The notes under the pieces were generated by a model. It was not told where the DNA came from and ran no database searches. It was given only the letters and a program-made list of their open reading frames with translations. The position numbers and the translations under genes are program-made. This document shows, in pieces, positions 1 to 13,580 of a DNA stretch of 64,000 nt. How positions within the stretch are numbered: the stretch's first letter is position 1; each line of letters starts with the position of its first letter. Source of the DNA: Utricularia gibba (lineage: Eukaryota; Plantae; Magnoliophyta); the NCBI GenBank assembly GCA_002189035.1, contig CM007990.1, positions 3,472,001 to 3,536,000 of the forward strand. The letters run 5' to 3'.

Positions 1-263
1 CTTTTATTAGTGTATAATTTAATATCCAAACTACATATAATTGTAATGCTCAACTATAAAAAAAAAAGTAATGAAACTAACGGACAATAAACTCTTCACC
101 TATAGTAAATGTTATGTCTAGACTTGGGCAGCGAGTTGGGTCAACCTATCAACCCATCGGGTTGACTCGTAATGATCCCGTTTGTTGACTAGCACTCATC
201 AAATATGGGTGCGAGTTGGATTGCGTCAAGATGGATTTGGGTCAACTCAATGGGTTGGCATAT

Positions 264-2781
264 TGTTGTGTATAGTTTCCTCAACAAGTTTTTATTTAAA
301 AAAAACATAAAATACAAATAAAGTATAGTACGAGTGTCGATCTTAAAGAGTTGAGTTTTGCGAAATTGTTTTGTACTATACTTGTACAAATTGTCATGGG
401 TTTGACAAAAAGGGGTTTTAAAAATACATAATCAAGAAATACAATGCAAGTAATAGACCTTGACTAAGGGTTGCAATTCCCAGGAAATGGATTTCTTATA
501 CTTCTTTTGTCTATCCTTGCCTCGGCTCTCATTGATTCCTTCTGCATAACTAGTTAGAAGAGCAAGGAATAGCCTTATGTGATTTTTCCTTGGACGATTG
601 AAAGAACAAGAGGATTACCATTGATTGCCTTGAAAACCAAATTTTGCACATGTGGAACTGTTGCCAATGACTAGTGGCGAGTACGAGATCACTACCCGTC
701 CACTGTTGCAGTACCTCGCTCACAAACAATTCGCTATCTCCCTCGAACTAATAAGGTTGGATATGTTGCTCTTCACCTTGCTTTTCATCAAAATCCACAA
801 GGATTGGCTTGCTATTAATGGTTTATGACTAGGAGAAGTTATAGTAAGACTGCAACATGACGCATGGAAATATGAAAAATTCGAAAGAAATTCAGTAAAT
901 AATCGAGATTAATGCTCAAGACATGAGAGGAAACTTCATCTATTTCCAAAAACTAAAAAGGTTTAGCCACGAATGGCCATGAAAACAAAAAATGAAAACA
1001 TAAAGTTAAATTGTTCTTCCCACCTTTAGTGGAGAGAAGAACCAAAATTTCTAAGTACGAGAATAAGTGAGAAAAGGTTTGAAAAGTAAGCGCCTAATCA
1101 TTCTTTCTATCTTGCGTGCGCCATCAGTTTTCCCATGTGTGCAAGTAAGCGCCTAATCATTCTTGTAGACTCTGACATACCGTAAGTCAGAGGTCCTAAC
1201 TAGTATCAATCTTCCACCTACAATTGATCTAAGTTGTGTGTAAGGCACAATACGTCAGTGTCTAGTCTCCTGCAAGCCTCCTGCAACACTTTAAACCTGT
1301 CTTCTGACATTTTGGGTGAAATTGCATGTAAGAAGACGAAAAATATGTACAGAATACAAAAATATGATTTTTCTAATAAAATCTGTTGCGTGTCGTTTAC
1401 TCAACAAATTTTAAATATTTAAAACGTAGGACACTAGAAAGCGTAGTACGAGTATCGATCTCAGGGAGTTGTTTTTCGTGGAAAGTGTTTTGTAAATAAT
1501 TTCTACAAAATGTCACAGTTTTGTAAAAGGGGGTTTTTAAGATGCAGAAATAAAAGATGCAACCTAAGTGATGGGCCTTGACTACGGGACGCAGTTCGTG
1601 GGAATAAGACTCCATCTCCTTCCTTTGTCCGTTTTTGCCTCAGTTTTCACTGATTTCTTCCAAATAGCTAGTTATAGGAGCAAGGAATAGCCTACTCTCC
1701 CTTACACTCTGATTGACAATGAGGCGCGGGAATAACCTCATGTGATTCCCCCTTGGACGATTAGGAAGACAAGAGGATTGCCTTCAAAACCGAATTGTGC
1801 GCGTGTGCCCAGCTGTTGCCAATGGCTAGTGGCAGGTCCGAGGTCACAACCTGTCCACTGTCGCGGTACCTAGACCACAAACAATCTGCTACTTCCCTTG
1901 AACCAGCAGGGTTGGAGTTGGTGCTCTTCACCTTGATCTTCACCAAAATCCATGAGAAGTGGCCTGCTACTCATGGACCTTGACTAAGAGTCGTTACAGA
2001 AAGACTGTAACAAGACGCATGGAAGTATGCGGAATCCGAATGGAATTCAGTGAAGAACCGAGTGTATTGCTCAGGACTTGGAAGGAAACTTCATCTACTT
2101 CCCAGAAACTAAAGGTTTTTAGCCCGAAAGGGCCATGGAAATAGAAACTAAAAGAAACTAAGTGTTCTTACTCCTTGAGAGGAGGAAGAACTCAAAAGTT
2201 CTAAGTAGAAGAGAAAATGTTCAAAAGTCCGAAACTAAGTGCTCCAAATGGCTTTTATATGACTTCCCACGTTCATTAACTCCTTTGGGTCCCCTTCCCA
2301 TCATTCCTTCTGTCTTGCGTGCGCCACCAGACTTTCTTTGCGTGCAAGTTTGTGCCCAATCATTGCTGCAGACTCTGACATGCCATAAGTCATGGGCCTT
2401 GACCAGTGTCAGTCTTCCGCCCACAATCATTCCAACTCGCGTACAAGGCACGAAAACTCAGAGTCTAACCACCTAGAATACTCCTGCAACACTCTATCAT
2501 AGTCTCCTGACATGTCTCGGTCAAAGTGTGAGAAAAAAGACATAAAATATACACAAAATGAGAAAATAGGAATTTTCTAGTAAAAATCAAATACTTAATA
2601 ATAAGACTCCTAATTTGGACGACTTCATACATAATTAACACATAATAATACCTAATAATTAACTAGAAAATGGCACTTAACAAAATCAAATACTTATCAA
2701 TATAACTTCTAATTTGAACGACTTAATCCTAATTTAACATATAATAACACATAATAAACACTTAGAAAATGACACTTAACA
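264..2781 (-). mobile_element. Solo LTR A1 (gypsy, Athila/Tat-like), interrupted by A2; pieces 264-1383 and 2688-2781
   Basis: TGTTG...TTAACA termini; TSD CATAT/TATAT (4/5); colinear with A2 along its length; about 1214 bp when rejoined. Confidence 0.8.
1384..2682 (-). mobile_element. Solo LTR A2 nested inside A1
   Basis: TGTTG...TTAACA termini, 1299 bp, perfect TSD AAATC (1379-1383 and 2683-2687). Confidence 0.9.
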
Positions 2782-3222
2782 TATATTAAAACAAAGAATT
2801 TCCTTTTGTTCAACAGTCATATCTGAGATCCTAGATCATTTCCTTCCTACAAACTTTCGAACCTCAAGGTTCAAACCCTAGTAGCTATTCTTCATGCGTT
2901 TTGCAATTCTCCATGTTTACTTCAAATTTTCTCATTATAGAGTGACTTTAGTTTCGATTCCCTATTTCTCTGTTAATTTCTGTTAGCTTTCTACATCTTG
3001 AGTCCAAAAATGTTGGGCTGCATATCATGTTCAAAATCGGTTCAATAAAGTCAAATGCTTCGATAAGATGTATTTCATGTTATATATGAAAAAATTATAG
3101 CATTTTTCTGGCTAAAGTTGTGTTCTTTTGTCTGTGTTTAGGTAATTTTGAAAGAAGTTTGTTTTTATTTTGTATGGATTTAAAATTGTATTCAAAGCTA
3201 TATATATTTTTATTTTTTACAG

Positions 3223-6200
3223 ATGGATGATGCTTCAAATCATTCTGTTAAGCAACTTGAGGAAATAAACAATGATATTGTTCATGAAATTGAAGATGAT
3301 GACGATTTTAATGAAGTTACTGAATCAATGACAACATCAGCTAAACAGAAGACTAAAGGAAAATCTATAGATTGGCATGTGTTACTTCACATATGATCAA
3401 AAATCAGGAAGTGCGACTTGCAATTATTGTGCTTCCAGCTACAAATATAGTAAAGGAGATGATAACACATATTTTTGAGTGTTTAGGAGTAGGAAAATGT
3501 CTAATATTTTGCCACAAAACTCGAGTTCTAACATGAATTCTTATGTTTTTATGACTAATACTACAATCGCGTGTTTTATTCCTAGTTGGGACTAAATTTA
3601 TGATTTAATCATAAATTTAATCCCAACCTTGTTTCTAATAGTTACTTCGAGCAATGTAGTGCATGTAGGCAACAGAAATCCCAAAGAGCCAGATATAAAC
3701 AGTGCAGTAGCAGAGGATGAGTAAAAAGTATGAAAAGAAGTACACAAAATCCAAGGAGATGAAAAAGGAGGATTTTCGACAAAAAAGAAGACAAAATGGA
3801 GAGAGAAAAAGAGATCTCTCCCATTGAGGCACACGACACAGCTTTGTGGAGAAGATTTTTGGGGGAAGAAGGAAGTGGGACAACGAGCGAGAAAAACAAG
3901 TTTCCCTTTTGAAGATTTTCTTTCATTCTTGATGAACACTATTCCTAGCTGAAACTAGTTTTAGTTTTCCCTACGTGAACAATTTACTGTTTATGCTATG
4001 TTATGCATTTAATGTTCTTGTTTAACCTTGAAAACAGAATTTTGTTTAGAATGTGTTATAAAAATGTTTTACTTTCCCTTGCTATGAGTGACTAAGCACT
4101 TAGAGGGGTGTCTTGGGGCAAAAGCAGTGTAATATGGTCAATCATTTGACCTTTTTAACCATAGATCACACTATTTTCTTAACAAACCATGATAGATTCA
4201 GGAGGGAGAAGTAGTAAAACTCATTTTAACAACCCTAATTAGAGGTAAATCAAAGATTAGGGGAAAAACAAAAGTTTGGGTAAACCTAGACTTTTGATTG
4301 TTAGATATCTTATTTGTGATGTATGTGAGACTATTTTAGTGATAAGCATGCAAGCCCTAAGAGCCCCAAGGCACACCCATCTCATTTAGGTATAACCGAG
4401 TTCACAAGTTCGTCACTTTTCTTTATTGCATTTTATCACAACTCTTCCTTAGTTCTAGTTAAGACCAAATCCATCAAAGTGACACTGATTTCATGCATTG
4501 ACTTTCACATAACAAGCACCTAGCTCCTTGTGTTCGACTGTAGTCTATTATGTTCATATTTTTCATATGATTTGATGTGAATTAGGTTTATAAATTTTAT
4601 TTGATAGGTAAATTTGCAAATTAACGACATTGCAACATTTTTCGTTTATCAGGAGGTAGCATTTCTAACTATTTATGTCATCTTGAAAGAGCCCATTTTT
4701 ATAAGTATAGTAGTTGTTTCAAATAAATGAAATTGAATATGACAGGTGGTAACCTTTCGAAAAAATTTACATTTGATTTAAAATCCACCTAAGTTGAATA
4801 TGGTAGGTAATAATCTATTTACGTCATCTTGAATGAGAAATAATTTTCTGATATTGAAAATCCACATATGATGAATTGTTTTGCAAAGAAGATGCAACCT
4901 CATTCCTTTTTCTTGAAGATCGGTTGTTAGAATAGCATTAGATCAATTAGAAAAACAGAAAAAAGAATTGGTTTCTTTATTTGAATCCTTGGATTGTAAA
5001 TATGCCTTAATAATGATGGTTGATGTGGCATTAATGGTAAAAATTATATTGCTATGATTATTACATGGATTGATGGAAATCGGATCATTGACAAGAAAAT
5101 CATTGCCTTTATAGACTTTGATGTGTCTCACAATAAACCAAAAATTGCTATAGTTATTAATAATATTTGTTGTAAATATCGTATTTTTTATCATATTTGT
5201 ACTAGTATACTTGATAATACTTCTAATAATGCAAATGCTATACGTATTTTGAAAACCTATATGAATCCTATTGTGAGTCGTGCATTTTTTTTCATTCTAA
5301 ATGCATTTATCATATATAAAATTTGTGTGTATAGGACGCTTACAAACTTCTTATATTGAATGTTTTAGTTGTTGATATTCCTAGATTAGTTTCTACTTTA
5401 CATCTTCAAAAAGAGATGCTTTTAAACGTTTGAGTCAAGCTAACAATATTCCTTTTCGAAGTTTGAAAGATGATTTGATGACTTGGTGGAATTCTACTCT
5501 TATGATGTTGCGTTCTTTATTGTCATATAAAGATATTGTGGAAATCTTTTTGGGAATGAACTCTAATTTAAATATTCAATTGATTGCTTCTAATTTTAAA
5601 AACATTAATATTCTGATTGATTGTTTAAGTACATTTCATAGTTATATGAAATTATGTAGTGGTGTTTATTATCATACAATTTATTTGGTTTTGCAGGCTT
5701 TGTTTTTAAAAAATATTGCATTAGTTTTTAAAAAATATTATACTAATTTTATTTTTTGTGATACTATACATGAGATGATTTTAAATTTTTTAAAATATTA
5801 TAAGAGTATTTCTGTTGTATTTCTTGTTGCAAATATTTTGAATCCTAAAATAAAAAAAAATCTGGTTTACAAAATTGTTTAAAAATCTTTTATAATTTTT
5901 ATAATTTTCTTCAAATACCCAGTTTTACTTCAAATGCTTATGCTTCAGATCATTTGTATGAATTGTATGAAATTGAATATGGTAGTTCAAGTAGTGAAGA
6001 TGGACTAACATGTGATGATAATGATTGCGAAGCTGCAGCTACCAATGATTATTGGTCTATGGTGCATGTTTCATTTTCCACAAGTACGATTATCAAAGCA
6101 AATGAAGTTACATTATATAATGCAATTACATGGAAATATGGAAGAAAACTTACATACTTGATTGGTGGAAAAACCAAACATCTCTCTATCAACTCTAACT

Positions 6201-6430
6201 TGATTAGCAAAAGATATTCTTACACTATCTATATCGACAATAGCATCAAAGACTGCTTTTAGTCCATAGGGTAGGGTTATTACACCACATCAATCTCGTT
6301 TATCCATTGAAACATTAGAAGCATGCTTTTTTTTTTTTGAAAGATTTGATGCAAGTCGAATTAAGGTTGCAGAATATTACTACCGACGATGAGGTGAATG
6401 ATGAGGATGATTCAAACATTGCTTGAATAT
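3223..6430 (+). pseudogene. hAT transposase pseudogene
   Basis: BED-finger remnant (CNYCASSYKYSKG..SNYLCHLERAH, split by LTR B1); TWWNSTLMML (TRWNSTYLML-like) in ORF 5430-5882; ANILNPKIK (AILDPRFK-like); hATC dimerisation motif SISTIASKTAFSP*GRVITPHQSRLSIETLEA near 6225-6330. Many stops and frameshifts. Confidence 0.85.
3460..4651 (+). mobile_element. Solo LTR B1 (Athila-like family B)
   Basis: TGATAAC...TTTATCA termini, 1192 bp, TSD GGAGA/GGAGG; splits the hAT BED finger; homologous to B2-B6. Confidence 0.88.
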
Positions 6431-8296
6431 ATTTTTCACCAAATTTTTCTATTTTTCATGTTTTGTTTTCCTTAAAAAAGGTTTTTAATTTCACCTATGA
6501 TTTTCATAGTTAGTCCCAAGCTTGGATAAAAAAACAGGAAAGACTTGCATATTATATCAAATAATGTTGATTTTTTAATGTGTTTTGTGTGTTCATTAGG
6601 TTGCTCCAATTGACAATAACACTATCAACTATTATGCTAGTTACTTGTCATGTTATCATTTGATTTTGAGGCTTTAATTATAGATGCAAAATTTTTAGGA
6701 AATGCAATGAATGCTTCCGAAAAAACCCCTCCAATGACATCAAGAGAAAAGATCCAAACGCTACAAAAAAGACTGTAAATGAGAGCAATTCTAGTCATTC
6801 ACAAGCAAGAAATGCTTTTGAATAATAAGGCTTCAACATCTGAGAATCTAAGCCTTAAGGGAGACAAAGGACCAGCTGTTAGTCATCTACTTTCAAGTCA
6901 CAATAAAAAATTGTAATTGGCAGCTCTAACTAGTTATGTGTCCGGTAGAGGTTTGACCCATAATGGGTCGATCTGTCCAAACCCACCCAATCCATATTGG
7001 CTCAATGAGTCAAATCCGAACATTTTGGGACTTGACCCATGCTTTAGACTAAGTATATCCTCATTATCAAGCATGTAGGAGGGTGTTCTAGTCATGCACC
7101 ATTGTAAAGGTAGTCCGAAAGCTAATCAAGGTGTCCAATTTGGTGGAGAGGGTGTCAATTTCAAAATGAAAGACTAAGAGGAGATATTTCTAATAGAGAA
7201 AATAAATCATAGGTTGGTTCCCATGTAGAGCCAATTTATAGTCTTTAGATGACTATGCAGATTGTTAATAATCCTCCAATAACATGAAACCTGAATCTAT
7301 ACTATTTTAAGTTTTTTATACCATACTATATTTAAGTCTACAATTCCATAAGACAAATAACATTAAATCTACTTGCTCTTGTTGATATTTATTCAAAAAG
7401 ATTTATCTATGTACTCATATCTCAACCTTTTTATCTAACTCTTAATTGAGTTTCATAAGCTAGGTGTTTCACCTTTTTAATCTATCTGGTATTGAAAGAT
7501 TAACACTGAAAAGTTTCAAACTTTAGGTCAAAGTTTACATACACCTCTTTCTTTCTCAATGTACAATTCTAAAATTTAGCCATTTATGCCAAAATAAAAT
7601 AACTAAGGCATAAAATGAAAATACAAACAAGTTCATAGCTTTTGTCATGAAAATAGTATGATAATCGTAAATAAATTGTTCAAATATAGAAAGATGCAGT
7701 GAAATGAGTCATGTTTAGATAATACTACTGCTAGCATCTATTTGGAATAGGGTTCTTGGTTCTTCATCTAGAATGCCTCTTCTTCCTCTTGTTCATCTCT
7801 TACTCCTCTAAAAATGAGCATATATTAAAAGTCTTCTTCCCCAGAAAAAATGTAGTTGGGTTGTTTAGAAATATCTTCATTTATCTGCATCTCCTTGACA
7901 TTTGTATGTATTTTGTCCTTCAATTTTTTTTATCTTTTTGATTGATGTTATTTTTATTTTCTTCATATCGTCAAATGTTGGTATATTTTTTTTTTTTGTA
8001 AAAAGTTATTTCTCTTTTATTTTTTTAAATTTATTTAAATTGTCCATTTTACCTCTATCTCGTATTGTGTCATCGGTTTTGAATGTAACTTAGATTGATA
8101 ATTCAATAAAATTTATTCAACTAGAGAATCAATATTAAAACTACAGTGAATAATCGTAGAAAAAAAGGTAAATACTATTAAAATATTGATATTTACTTTT
8201 AAAATATACAATTTTTTACTAAAAAATACACTACTTTTATGGGGTAAAACTATTAAGAAAATATATGTTTTCACTTACACGTATAAGAGCCATATG

Positions 8297-9465
8297 TGAT
8301 GGTGATTCTGCAAGTGAACAGAAACCGTCGAAATAATAAAATGAGATCGTATCCACAGTGAATTGTTATTGGAATATTCTTTTCAAAACAAATACATAAA
8401 AAGATTGAAAACAAAAGAGGAATTTGGTTTTGGAGACAATAAGGAAAGTGGCATTGGATCTAAGATCCACCTTACTTGAAACTCGCCCTTGCGTGTGTGC
8501 AAACCTTGAAAACTGACCTGCTTGTGTAAGTTTTGGGGGTATTATGCTGAAGTAGTGCTACTCGGTGAACGTTATAGCACCGTCCATTGTTTTGTGGGAT
8601 TATGGAATCAACCATGCCACCAGAGCCATTTCACCTCTTGTAATAACCCATGTTTTTCCCACACTCAAATCTAACCCCTACACCTCTCACCTCGCAGATG
8701 GAATATGTCTTACCAACGATGTTCGATTGAGCCCTTCTCCTTAGGTGCTTAAGACCAACATTTGATTCTCCCACACTCCCTTAGGACTATGTGGTGCTAA
8801 AGATCACGTTGATAAAAAAACGTTGTGAAAAACAGAATCAGACATCAAATTAAATACTGAAAAACATAGTAAGACAGTCACACGCGCGGAACTTGCGCAA
8901 GCAAGGCTTCATAGCAGATCCTTAGCCGCAAACGCTCGCACGCGCATGCTTGACTCTAAACAACAAAAGTTGATGAAAAATGAAGGGAAAGGAATCCAAA
9001 ACATGCTAGACTCGACTCTAAACCCTAAATTGATTCTCTGATCGTCCACCTTCGACTCCCTTCTTTAGGTCTTCACATTTAGATCTTTATATAATGGTAG
9101 AGATTTATCGAACTTTCTTGATGGGCTCTTATTAAATCTTCTATCCGGATCTTCTAAGATTTAACACAAATCTTCTAGGATAAGATCCAAATTTTCCCAA
9201 AACTCGCATCTTATCTTATCCGAGAATCTTTGAACGAGTTTTCATCTAGATGGACTGAATCTTTGTCTCCATCGAAGTAGTTCGAAAATCCCCCAAATTA
9301 TGCCAAAATTATCCTGAAAAATCACAAAACACACTTTCCCTCCAAAAAGATCAAAGTGATATGAAAAATATAAAATTCTTCTAAAAACATAAGGAAAATG
9401 TGATAAAAAGAATGCAAAACTCATCTCAAAAAGCATAAATATAAGTGACATAAAATCACTTATCA
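8297..9465 (-). mobile_element. Solo LTR C (Athila-like)
   Basis: TGATGG...CTTATCA termini, 1169 bp, TSD ATATG/ATATA; U5-like segment GAGATCGTATCCACAGTGAATTG near the left end. Confidence 0.8.
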
Positions 9466-9901
9466 ATATATATGTTGGTGAAACTTATATACAATGTTTC
9501 TATTTTTTATTATTTGATTTCTCAATTATTTTAAGAAAATAAAAATAAAATTAAAATTAAAAGAAAAACTTATACACTTTTTCATTTTGTTGGATTTGTA
9601 AAATTACCATTGGTTTTCCAAATCCAAAGGCTAAAGTGCATACAAATTAAATTATATTATCAAAATCTTCCTATAACTTCCGTCGTTAATATTTGTTGAT
9701 GGTGAATAATAAATGGCGATGCAAATTCGCATAATTACAAAATTCAAATAAACCATCTGAATTATCAACAAAATAGCACCTTACCTCTGCTTAGCCTGGG
9801 ATATAATTCACATCATTTTACATTAATTCCAATAAAAGAATTTAAAAGAAAAACCATGTCAATTTTGTTAATTTAGTTAGTGTGATCTGCTTCGCGTGAC
9901 G

Positions 9902-9973
9902 TGGGCCATGGTCATCTCTCTGATTTCTTTTTTTTTTCGCGTCCGTTTTCGTTCTCGCGCTGCAAAACCCTAA
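9902..9973 (+). promoter_or_regulatory. Site II element and telo-box in the CCR4 promoter/5' region
   Basis: TGGGCC at 9902-9907 and AAACCCTAA at 9965-9973, a known pairing in plant housekeeping and translation-related promoters. Confidence 0.6.
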
Positions 9974-10218
9974 TTCTCCAATCGATTTCGACCTTCACAC
10001 AGTTTTCACAAAGATTTGAATCGCTCCCAAAACTTCTTTCCTACGAAACATTTCTCGATTGCACGCATGGAGATTGGTGTTCAGCGCTGGTGACATGCAG
10101 GATACGCCGTGTGTCCATTTGCAGTTGATGATTGAATTTCGAGATTTTTCGGTCCTTGAGCTTGAAACAAGTAGGGTGGAGAACGGTGAGGAACTTTGGG
10201 TAACAAGGTTAGGAGAAA

Positions 10219-13200
10219 ATGCTAAGTGTGCATCGTGTGCACCTGCCTTCTGAGATACCGATTGTGGGGTGCGAATTGACACCGTATGTTCTTGTAAAGC
10301 GCGCTGATGGTTCTATTGTTAGCAGCGATGTTATTGAGTTGACACCTACTCGTGGTTATTTGTTGAGATATAAGTGGTGAGTGCTTTTGGCTTTATTCAA
10401 AAATCACTTTTTTTGATTAAGTAACGATTGCGTGTTTCTTCTGGTTTCTTCTGTTCGTTTAAAATCAAAGCTGCTGTTGTTGTTCTTCGAAAGTGTTACT
10501 ATATTCATGTGCATATAAATGAAAGATCAGGCTTGGTGAAAGCGTTCAATGTCGTGTTTATGCGTGATATGATCACTTTCATTCCGTATTTATTCTTTTC
10601 ACTATTTTTTTTTTTTTTTTTGGTTACAGGTACCGCATACAAAGTGATAAAAAGGTAGCAATCTGTAGCGTGCACCCAACAGAGCAGGCTACATTACAGT
10701 GCCTCTCGTGTATTAAGGCCAAGTTACCTATATCTAAGAGCTATCATTGTACTACCAAGTGTTTTTCTGATGCTTGGCAGCACCATCGAGTTCTTCATGA
10801 GCGCGCTGCCATTGCTGCTAACGAAAATGGGCCTGATGATGATGAGGTTTATGGCAGATCTCAGCCAAATCTAAGCTTTTCTAATGGCACCACTGCATTG
10901 TATCCAGCTGTGGTAACCCAGAGAAATGGTGGTGAAACATGGTTTGAAGTAGGACAGTCAAAAAGTTACACGCCATCAGCTGATGATATAGGGAATGCGC
11001 TTAAATTTGATTGCGTTGTCATAGATGCTGAAACAAAGTCACCTGTGGGAGTTCCTATTTCCCTGACAACTTCTCGTGTAATACCAGCCCCATCTCCTAC
11101 ACCAAGAAGAATGGTTTCCGTTACTGGAAATGACATTCCTGGGCATCCAGAAGTGGAGAATCGTAGTTTTTCTGGAGGGACGTTTACAGTTCTCTCCTAC
11201 AACATTTTGTCAGATACTTTTGCTATGAGTGAACAATATAGCTATTGTCCATCTTGGGCGCTTGCTTGGACCTACCGCAGGCAAAATCTATTGAGAGAAA
11301 TAGTTAGCTACAAGGCGGACATCGTTTGCCTTCAAGAGGTATGCGATGTTCATAATCTATATGCTTTTCAGTGCAGTAAAAAGTTTACATGGTTTTTTAA
11401 TTATCAAATTTTTACGATAAAACTTTATGATATGTATAAAAAGTTGTGCTATGCAACCATCTGTTGGTGTAGTGTACCTTTTTTTGTTAACAAGGTCTTT
11501 GGGGATATGGAGCTACCCGTATGACATTTTCTTTTTACAGTATAATTTTGTATGCATCATTATATTTTATAAAAATGAACATGCTTGCTTGGGTTGAAAT
11601 TTGAGGACCAAAAATTATTTTCTGGATGGATTGGTCTGTGGAGCGAAATATGCTCTTTCTTTATTGCCTTTAATTCTGGTCCAATTATCTATACTTCAGG
11701 TTCAAAGCGACCATTACAATGATTTCTTTGCTCCTGAGCTAGATAAGCATGGATATCAGGCGTTATTCAAAAAGAAGACAACTGAGGTTAGCAAATAATT
11801 TCTTTAATGGTTTATGACTCTTTGCAAGTGTTCATTGCTCTCTATCTTTGATGTAGGTTTTTGCTGGGAACGCAAATAACATAGATGGCTGTGCTACGTT
11901 TTTTCGTCGTGATAGATTTTCACATGTAAAAAAATATGAGGTTGACAGAGCACCTTTTGTTTTTTCTTGATCTCAGCTATGGAGTAGGTGTTTCATTGCC
12001 TCACAATTGAATGCAGGTTGAGTTTAATAAAGCTGCACAATCTCTGATTGATGCATTAGTTCCAATTACACAAAAGAAAACCGCCTTAAATCGACTGATC
12101 AAGGTAACCGATTATGGGTCTTTCTGTGGAATTCAGTATTTTTTTTCCACTATCATTTTGTGATAGATTCTCTGCATTCATAGGATAATGTCGCACTGAT
12201 TGTAGTTCTTGAAGCCAAGTTCAGTAACCAAGTAAATGAGAATCCAGGGAGGCGCCAGCTTGTCTGTGTGGTAAGGTTTTTTATTGTCTTGGCATCCCTG
12301 GTAACTTAGCGGTTGCTTGCTCTTAAAGGCCAAAGATGTCGGGAGCAAGTCTGAATGGATCTCATTTAGAGTTGATAGGTTTTGCTACTATGGTTTAATA
12401 GTTTCGTTTAAGACTCTGAGGATTATCTTTCCATTTGATATCTCAATTTTTTGAGTAATAGTAGATCATCTCTGTCTTTTACTCTAGGTGCTGTTGCAAT
12501 GTATTTTTGTAGCCTTGTTTTTAAAAAAAAAAATTCTTGGAAACGCCAGTTTTTTAGTTTATTTTTTATGGGGTGGCTTTTGGCTGTTTTCTTTCATGAT
12601 TAATATGCAGTTCATGTTTATGAACCTAGGCCAATACACATATAAATGTGCTTCAAGATTTGAAGGACGTCAAGATCTGGCAGGTATTTTCAATGCTGCT
12701 TTCTTACATAACCATGTTTATTTGCTGGTCTTGTTCGTTCATAAGTATTTCTCTTTTGGTATGCCATCAGGTGCATACGTTGTTGAAGGGCCTTGAAAAA
12801 ATCGCCGCAAGTGCTGACATACCAATGTTGGTGTGTGGGGATTTTAATTCAGTTCCTGGAAGGTACCTTAATTCTCTATTTTGTAGAACACATTCTGCAG
12901 TGCATGAGTTCCATTGCTGCATTAATAGCCTTTCTTTATCACTACAGCGGACCACATTCCCTCCTTGCACTGGGCCGACTTGATCCTCTTCATCCAGATT
13001 TAAATGAGGACCCCCTTGGTATTCTACGACCAGCAACCAAATTAACACATCAGTTGCCATTGGTATTTAAGTAACAACTATCATTGTTTTTTTTTCAATA
13101 GTTGTCTAAACATTCTTATATTAATCATTCATGGTTTACATTTTATTTTTCCCAGGTTAGTGCATACACATCTTTTGCCCGAGCTGCTAGTCTTCTTGCC

Positions 13201-13580
13201 TTGGAGCAGAGAAAAAAAATAGATCCTGCTACTAATGAACCTCATTTCACAAACTGCACAAGAGATTTCATTGGCACACCTGATTATATATTCTATTCAG
13301 GTACAGCTCACCTACAATGCACTTTTCTCTGTGAAATTTTTTCTTCTTGTTGCACTTAAGACATTTGTTTGGATGGATATTGTTTTGTGATATTATAGAA
13401 GTAGGATAATGAACTCACAGTTTTGTATTTGCAGCCGATACCCTAACAGTCGAATCTCTGTTGGAGCTATTGGATGAAGATCGATTGAGGAAAGATACTG
13501 CACTTCCTTCTCCTGAATGGTCATCAGATCATATAGCCCTGTTAGCTGAGTTTCGCTGCAAACCTAAGAATAGACGTTAA
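10219..13580 (+). CDS. CCR4: CCR4 (CNOT6-like) poly(A) deadenylase, EEP nuclease, 11 exons, about 587 aa
   Basis: Exons 10219-10376, 10630-11338, 11700-11786, 11857-11940, 12017-12103, 12184-12270, 12630-12683, 12771-12862, 12948-13062, 13156-13300, 13435-13580. All introns GT-AG; 1764 nt in frame. Motifs: MLSVHRVHLPSEIPIVGCELTPYV, SYNIL, ADIVCLQEVQ, MLVCGDFNS, SSDHIAL. Confidence 0.96.

Larger units (their letters stand above)
119..7051 (+). mobile_element. Decayed hAT DNA transposon hosting solo LTRs A1, A2 and B1
   Basis: Both ends carry GGGTCAA/TTGACCC subterminal motifs. Termini are degenerate (TAGACTTGGGCA.. versus revcomp TAGTCTAAAGCATGGGTC) and the 8-bp flanks match 5/8 (GTTATGTC/AGTATATC). 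Internal transposase motifs are present. Boundaries are approximate. Confidence 0.6.
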
